Shown here piece after piece: positions 58,913 through 64,000 of a DNA stretch of 64,000 nt. Positions within the stretch are counted from its first letter, which is position 1. Every line of letters begins with the position of its first letter. The notes beneath the pieces are model-generated. The model saw only the letters and a list, made by a program, of their open reading frames with translations. It made no database searches and was not told the origin of the DNA. Where the stretch lies: the sequence record NC_049340.1; one strand, written 5' to 3'. The position numbers were made by a program, and so were the translations under genes.

Positions 58913-60478
58913 ATGAAGAAACCACACATTATTATATTAGCTTGCGGTAAGGCAACAAGACTATTACCGATACACAATAATAACTACCCAAAGTTATTAT
59001 GTAATGCAGGTACTAAAACAATAATGGAACGTATTTTAGAATCACAACCAATTTATAGAAAAAGAACTATTGTTGTAAATAATAAACAATATTATATGCA
59101 ATTATTAACTTATTTAAAGTTGATTGGTATTGATGATGTGAATGTTGTTTGTTTAAAAGATGGTGGTACAAGTACACACGATGACTTGAAGTTATTCATC
59201 CAAGGTGAATCCGAACATGATTTTGATGATGTAATTCTTACATGGTCTGATATAATGCCAAAAAAGATATATGATTTGCGTGGTGTGAACTTTAAAAATA
59301 ATGTTATATTCACAGACACTAATCCAAGACATAGATACAATGCATCAAACAATACAATAGAGCATAGACCTTTACAAGATGGTAATGTTGTTGGGTTATA
59401 TTTTATAAAGAACTTATTAGATTTTATAAATCCTAATGATTATCCATATGGGTTGGATGTTATTGATATTTTCAAAGACCGTGATTTTGATACAATTGAA
59501 GTTCCTTTCCATGACCTTGGTGATGTTGATAAGTATACCGAATTTATATCACATGAGGACATTTCAGCACGTTTCTTTAATAAATTGACCATATACCCTA
59601 ATGAAGTGTTAAAGTGCGCTAAAAATGATATGGGTAAGTCTATAATCAACCGTGAGGGTGATTATTATGAGCATATAAAAGGTACGCAAGCAGGTGAAGT
59701 ATTCCCTGAACTAATTGAACGTGATTCGGATTATGCAATAATGTTAAAGCGTGTATTAGGTCATACTATTTATGATTATATTTTATGGTATGGTGATGTT
59801 AATCACAAAGATTATGAACTAGCGCATAGGTTAATTGGTATGTTTAAAAATAACATTGATAAACTACACAACAGTAGTTCACATTCATTAACAAAAGAAG
59901 AAATAACATCAGCAACAGGTATTGAATATTATGCTAGTGTTATTGAGAGGTTAAAAAAGGTTAATAATTTAATACCAAATGTTACAAATGTTAATGGTAT
60001 TGATGTTAGTTTTGCGGAAGTTGTTTACCATATTCTACCTGAATTAAGAACTAGATTATGTGATGAGTTCAAATTCATTCATGGTGATACAAACACAACA
60101 AATGTGATGATAACTGATAACAAAGAAATTAAATTGATTGACCCACGTGGACATTTTGGTGGTGTTCCGTATTATGGTGACCCTAACTACGACCATGCAA
60201 AGTTTTTATATGGTTTGAGTGGTTATGATGTATTTAATTTAACGGCTGATGTTCGTTATACATACTCGAACGGTGAAATATGGTTTGAAGATAACTTCGG
60301 ATATGATTTAGATAAGTTAACAAATGACACCAAACTAAAATACTTAGTTGGTATATGCTGGTTAAAGCTACCATTATATACAATAAATAATTTAAACAAA
60401 GCTACTATTGCATACGCTAAAGGTATGCAGATGGTTACAAAATACGGAAAACAATTATTAATAGAATTAAATAACTAG
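58913..60478 (+). CDS. NTP-transferase (sugar nucleotidyltransferase-like) fused to an APH/choline-kinase-like phosphotransferase
   Basis: IIILACGKATRLLP..PKLL, ILTWSD, DLGDVDKY; kinase IHGD....NV, LIDPRG, YDHAK. Confidence 0.8.
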   Translation: MKKPHIIILACGKATRLLPIHNNNYPKLLCNAGTKTIMERILESQPIYRKRTIVVNNKQYYMQLLTYLKLIGIDDVNVVCLKDGGTSTHDDLKLFIQGESEHDFDDVILTWSDIMPKKIYDLRGVNFKNNVIFTDTNPRHRYNASNNTIEHRPLQDGNVVGLYFIKNLLDFINPNDYPYGLDVIDIFKDRDFDTIEVPFHDLGDVDKYTEFISHEDISARFFNKLTIYPNEVLKCAKNDMGKSIINREGDYYEHIKGTQAGEVFPELIERDSDYAIMLKRVLGHTIYDYILWYGDVNHKDYELAHRLIGMFKNNIDKLHNSSSHSLTKEEITSATGIEYYASVIERLKKVNNLIPNVTNVNGIDVSFAEVVYHILPELRTRLCDEFKFIHGDTNTTNVMITDNKEIKLIDPRGHFGGVPYYGDPNYDHAKFLYGLSGYDVFNLTADVRYTYSNGEIWFEDNFGYDLDKLTNDTKLKYLVGICWLKLPLYTINNLNKATIAYAKGMQMVTKYGKQLLIELNN

Positions 60479-60482
60479 ACAT

Positions 60483-61187
60483 ATGACACAACAGATGATT
60501 GAAACCTATAAGGAGTTTGTAGGTTTATTTAAATACTTTCCAACAGATGCTAGATTAACATTTGTTAGACATGGTGAGACTGATAATAATTTGAATAATA
60601 TTATTCAGGGTGGTGCAAAAACAAACGATACTAAATTAAATAGAAAGGGTATTATCCAATCACATGATTTAGGTAAGAAAATGGATATGGAAGTTTTTGA
60701 TTTTACATTTACTTCACCATCTGTTAGAACCAAAGAAACTTTTGAAATTTTACGAAAGTATTTCTTATCACAAAACGAACAACAATTCGAATTACCTACA
60801 TTAACTGAGTTTGATTTTGGTGATATGGATGGTAAATTAAAAGATGATACTGAATATTATACTTTAATTGATTCGATGTTTGCTAATAAGAAAACAAATT
60901 TATCAATTGATGGTTCAGAAACATTAGAGCATATGTTTGAACGTTGTGCAAAATCAATTAGAGCAATGGTTAAAATTATTGCGGAACAATTCGAACAAAA
61001 GAAAGCAGAGTTACCAAAAGATAGACCATTGAACATTTTGATTACAGGTCATGGTATGTTTATTGGATTCCTTTTAAATATTTTAATAAAGAGGTCAATA
61101 GGTATGGAATATAAACCAAATAATGGTGATGCTTACACCTTAATTATTGGTGAAAGTGGTAAACATAAATTAGATGCTTATGTTTAA
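60483..61187 (+). CDS. Histidine phosphatase (phosphoglycerate-mutase family)
   Basis: FVRHGET, TSPSVRTKET, LTEFDFG, ITGHG. Confidence 0.88.
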   Translation: MTQQMIETYKEFVGLFKYFPTDARLTFVRHGETDNNLNNIIQGGAKTNDTKLNRKGIIQSHDLGKKMDMEVFDFTFTSPSVRTKETFEILRKYFLSQNEQQFELPTLTEFDFGDMDGKLKDDTEYYTLIDSMFANKKTNLSIDGSETLEHMFERCAKSIRAMVKIIAEQFEQKKAELPKDRPLNILITGHGMFIGFLLNILIKRSIGMEYKPNNGDAYTLIIGESGKHKLDAYV

Positions 61188-61851
61188 TTATAGGTCATTT
61201 AATGATGCCTATCATGGAATAAAACACTATATAAAAACACGGTATGAATATGAATATGATGGCAGAAATGGTAAAGTATATGAAGTTATTGGATTATCAT
61301 ATCGTGTAGATACTGTTTGTACATTTCCATTAATTAAACATAATACATCAATAACACGTGAGTACTGCCGTGACTTCTATTCTAAGTTATTCATAAACGC
61401 ACCAAGTGATACTGATATTAAATGGTTCAAGGAAACTTATAAGGATAATGTAAAAACATTTTTAGATAATCCTAAGGGTCTTTCTGATGGATTTAATACA
61501 ATTTATGGTAATAGGATTAGTAGACAATTACCAATTGTTAAGCGTGAGTTATTAAACGAGAAAGGTTCACGTAGAGCAGTAATAAAAATATTATCCGAAA
61601 CTGATAATGTTTTATTGGGAACTGATGAGGTTATTGAATATCCATGCATAGATAGTATATCTTTGTTTGTTCGTGATGGTAAATTAAATGTACATACACA
61701 TATGCGCTCAAATAATATGGGTACTGTTGCAGTATTAGATATGTACTTAATAGGTAGATTACAATCCCAATTGGCTAATGAGTTAAATTTAAAAACTGGT
61801 GTATTTTCATGTTCGATTGCATCAGCACATATTTTTGAAAAAGATTTATAA
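61174..61851 (+). CDS. Thymidylate-synthase homolog, predicted dCMP-specific (dCMP hydroxymethylase/hydroxylase-like)
   Basis: SRRAV, EYPC, VRDGKL..HMRSNN, SAHIF; Asp at +11 from the RS motif, as in T4 gp42 (canonical TS has Asn). Confidence 0.75.
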   Translation: MLMFNYRSFNDAYHGIKHYIKTRYEYEYDGRNGKVYEVIGLSYRVDTVCTFPLIKHNTSITREYCRDFYSKLFINAPSDTDIKWFKETYKDNVKTFLDNPKGLSDGFNTIYGNRISRQLPIVKRELLNEKGSRRAVIKILSETDNVLLGTDEVIEYPCIDSISLFVRDGKLNVHTHMRSNNMGTVAVLDMYLIGRLQSQLANELNLKTGVFSCSIASAHIFEKDL

Positions 61852-61897
61852 AAATTGGAAACACTTTTTTGTGTTTCCAATTTTTTGTTTATTTTTG
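61850..61897 (+). promoter_or_regulatory. Palindromic promoter upstream of the phage sigma gene
   Basis: aaaaattggaaacac-N6-gtgtttccaattttt; TTTG 61868-71, 18-nt spacer, TATTTTTG 61890-97. Confidence 0.7.
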
Positions 61898-61925
61898 CAT
61901 CATACAAAATTAAAGACGGAATCAT

Positions 61926-62768
61926 ATGTTAAGAAGAACCAAGAGTAATGTTTTATTAAGCAAAGAATTTAGAAAATTACAAAGAACACCTAAACACGAA
62001 TCTGATAGAATCAAATACAAAAATAAATCATATATACCTAGTGATGTTGTAAAATTATATTCAACAAATACAGATGATTTTGAACCAACCGAAGAAAACA
62101 GAGAACATTTATTAATTACATTATTTCCTTTGATTAATGATATTTCTTTTAGAATATGTAAAAGACATGGGTTTAGAATAGAGTATGAAGATTGTATTAA
62201 TCAAGGTATGATTGGTGCTTCAATAGCTACTGATAGATACATCAAAAAGTCTAAAGTTAAGAAACAAGTTGCCAAGTTATCATCTTATGCATATCCATAT
62301 ATTGATAAGTATATTAATGAGTTTTGTAGAGAGCATTCAAATCCATTATCATACGGAACAACTCAATGGATTGAAGCCAATGAAACAACAAATGTTAATA
62401 GTGGTGATGCACCTATAAGTACAGATGATAGTGTTTCTTCTTACTTTGATGTAGCACCTACTAAATTACTTCAAGATGTACAAGATTCTGAATATACAGA
62501 AAGAATAGATAAAGCGATTAAATACGCTCGCATGTTATTTGGTGGATTAACACCAGTCCAAAAACAAATAGTATCAATTAATTTCGGCATTACCGAAGAC
62601 TCAAAGACACCAAAAGAAATTGCTAAACAACTTAGTATGCGTATTAAGGATGTTGAGTATGAACTTGAATGTTCAGTAGAACAAATGAAAGAAGTTTTCA
62701 CAGACCCTGATGAAATTATTGAAGTAATTAACACTATTAAGAACACTAACATTTCTAAATTCATATAG
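61926..62768 (+). CDS. Sigma-70-family RNA polymerase sigma factor (regions 2 and 4)
   Basis: YEDCINQGMIG..A.DRY..KLSSYAYPYI; LTPVQKQIVSINFG..TPKEIAKQL helix-turn-helix. Confidence 0.82.
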   Translation: MLRRTKSNVLLSKEFRKLQRTPKHESDRIKYKNKSYIPSDVVKLYSTNTDDFEPTEENREHLLITLFPLINDISFRICKRHGFRIEYEDCINQGMIGASIATDRYIKKSKVKKQVAKLSSYAYPYIDKYINEFCREHSNPLSYGTTQWIEANETTNVNSGDAPISTDDSVSSYFDVAPTKLLQDVQDSEYTERIDKAIKYARMLFGGLTPVQKQIVSINFGITEDSKTPKEIAKQLSMRIKDVEYELECSVEQMKEVFTDPDEIIEVINTIKNTNISKFI

Positions 62769-62769
62769 T

Positions 62770-63071
62770 ATGAGATATTTTATTACTGAGGCTGATATAC
62801 TACATATACAACCAACAACGGCACGAAACATAATTAAAGTACATGATGAATATTTAATTGACCTAGACAATATTCATTCTATGTCGATGGATTATGATGA
62901 ATCAACATCAGTAAAAATAATAATAAAAGGTTATATACTTTTATTAAAATATTCCACAAAAGAGGTGTTGAGAGAACATTAATACCTTGTAATGATATGG
63001 AGCATTTAAAACAGACATTTGATAAGCTACATAATGCGTGGATATACAATAATTTAGAGGACATCAATTAA
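62770..63071 (+). CDS. Hypothetical protein (apparent 1-nt deletion near 62945)
   Basis: ORF 62770..62982 extends to TAA at 63071 when one A is restored. Confidence 0.5.
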
Positions 63072-63112
63072 AAATCCGAGGCAACGCCTCGGATTTTTCT
63101 TTTAAATACATA
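63071..63112 (+). terminator. Intrinsic terminator followed by ATACATA
   Basis: aaaatccgaggc-aac-gcctcggatttt plus T-tract; ATACATA 63106-12. Confidence 0.75.
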
Positions 63113-63128
63113 CAATAAAGACTATATT

Positions 63129-63665
63129 ATGCCAATAACAATAACACTACCTACTGGTACAATCACATTAAAGCGTGGTAAGGTATCAGAAGACCAAGCA
63201 TCATTAATACAGAACCATAATTTAAATGCTGAGGAAATTGAAAAGTGGTTAAGAGATATTAAAGTAGCATTAGAGAAGATTGCTAATGAAGCGAATACAG
63301 GTACAACAACATCTAGTTCAATAACTAAATTTGAGATACATATACCAGTAAATTTAACGGATGGTCAAGAGGTTACGGATTCTAATGGATTTAAGGTTCG
63401 TAGGTTTGGTGTTCCTAGTGGTGGTACATCTGATTCACTAGAATATATTATAACTGATACAAACACTACAAGAAACACAAACTTTCAAAAGGCTATTGGA
63501 TTAACTACACGTTTATTAAACGGTAGGATAGTATATCCAACATTAATACCTAATTTAACTAATTTAAGGGTTGTTTTTGCACACAAATCTGAAATGGCTA
63601 GTACACCAACACATACAGGTTCAGCAACAACAGACCCTAACGTAAAAGTAATTTCATTCATATAA
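63129..63665 (+). CDS. Putative virion structural protein
   Basis: T-rich 178-aa ORF after the ATACATA motif. Confidence 0.5.
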   Translation: MPITITLPTGTITLKRGKVSEDQASLIQNHNLNAEEIEKWLRDIKVALEKIANEANTGTTTSSSITKFEIHIPVNLTDGQEVTDSNGFKVRRFGVPSGGTSDSLEYIITDTNTTRNTNFQKAIGLTTRLLNGRIVYPTLIPNLTNLRVVFAHKSEMASTPTHTGSATTDPNVKVISFI

Positions 63666-63668
63666 GAC

Positions 63669-64000
63669 ATGGCAAAGGCGACAGTACCTATTTTAAAAGG
63701 ATTAAGGACAGAGGGTGGTACAATGTACACTCTTTCATCATCAATGAATGATGCAATATTATTATTCTCTAACACAAACATACAAATGAACTTTTCGAAG
63801 TTTGCTTGTTTAAAATTACCTCAATGGGCAAATGTTACAACACAGAGGATATATCGTGACCCAAATGATTTAAAATCAACAAACGATACACCAGCATCAG
63901 ATGACCCAAATACGTTTTTTCCAAAGGCGTATATTCAGAATTATATGGAAAATTTCTTATCACATGTTGATGAGGTTAGAACCGACAATGATTTTTCTAA
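63669..64000 (+). CDS. Putative virion structural protein (3'-truncated by the window edge)
   Basis: MAKATVPILKGLRTEGGTMYTLSS...FSKFACLKLP; open to the window end. Confidence 0.55.
   Translation, partial: MAKATVPILKGLRTEGGTMYTLSSSMNDAILLFSNTNIQMNFSKFACLKLPQWANVTTQRIYRDPNDLKSTNDTPASDDPNTFFPKAYIQNYMENFLSHVDEVRTDNDFS

Noticed and set aside
511-63781. Numerous minus-strand and nested ORFs in the track (e.g. 511..870, 13008..13394, 26461..27075, 56416..56889, 61503..61925)
   Set aside because: They lie antisense to or out of frame within well-supported + strand genes, have shadow-type composition and lack promoters.
1-64000. Prophage, integrase, DGR or retron
   Set aside because: No integrase, repressor, reverse transcriptase (YxDD) or TR/VR repeat pair was seen, and there are no host housekeeping genes at the flanks.

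Overview
A 64-kb segment of a large, AT-rich lytic tailed phage, read by eye with no database searches. It resembles a distant T4-like or jumbo myovirus, and essentially all genes are on the + strand. More than 20 intergenic TT(T)G-N18-20-TAnnTTTG promoters match the Bacteroidota housekeeping-sigma consensus, which points to a Bacteroidota host. Replication and repair genes include an SbcC/gp46 ATPase, a 1336-aa primase-SF2 helicase fusion, a DinG helicase, a minimal NAD+-dependent ligase, a Cas4-like nuclease and a stand-alone PolB-palm-like protein. Nucleotide and NAD genes include NAMPT, two MazG-like enzymes, two P-loop kinases, thioredoxin and a PAPS-reductase-like protein. There is also an adenine-methyltransferase/SNF2 helicase fusion with two paralogous partner genes, a LemA/TPM-like membrane pair, a phage sigma factor and several probable virion proteins. 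The strongest candidate new system is a four-gene cluster at 57.6-61.9 kb: a glycosyltransferase-like gene, an NTP-transferase/kinase fusion, a histidine phosphatase and a dCMP-specific thymidylate-synthase homolog. It predicts a sugar-hypermodified cytosine and contains a structured intergenic RNA candidate. Other notable items are a 5-copy conserved 5' leader hairpin (GATGG..CCATC), a second structured ncRNA candidate at 7.7-7.9 kb, a lone inverted island encoding a very acidic protein, and strong GATC avoidance. About 20 ORFs are broken by single-base indels in homopolymers, most likely sequencing error, and are annotated as joined genes. No tRNA, rRNA, CRISPR array or integrase was seen.
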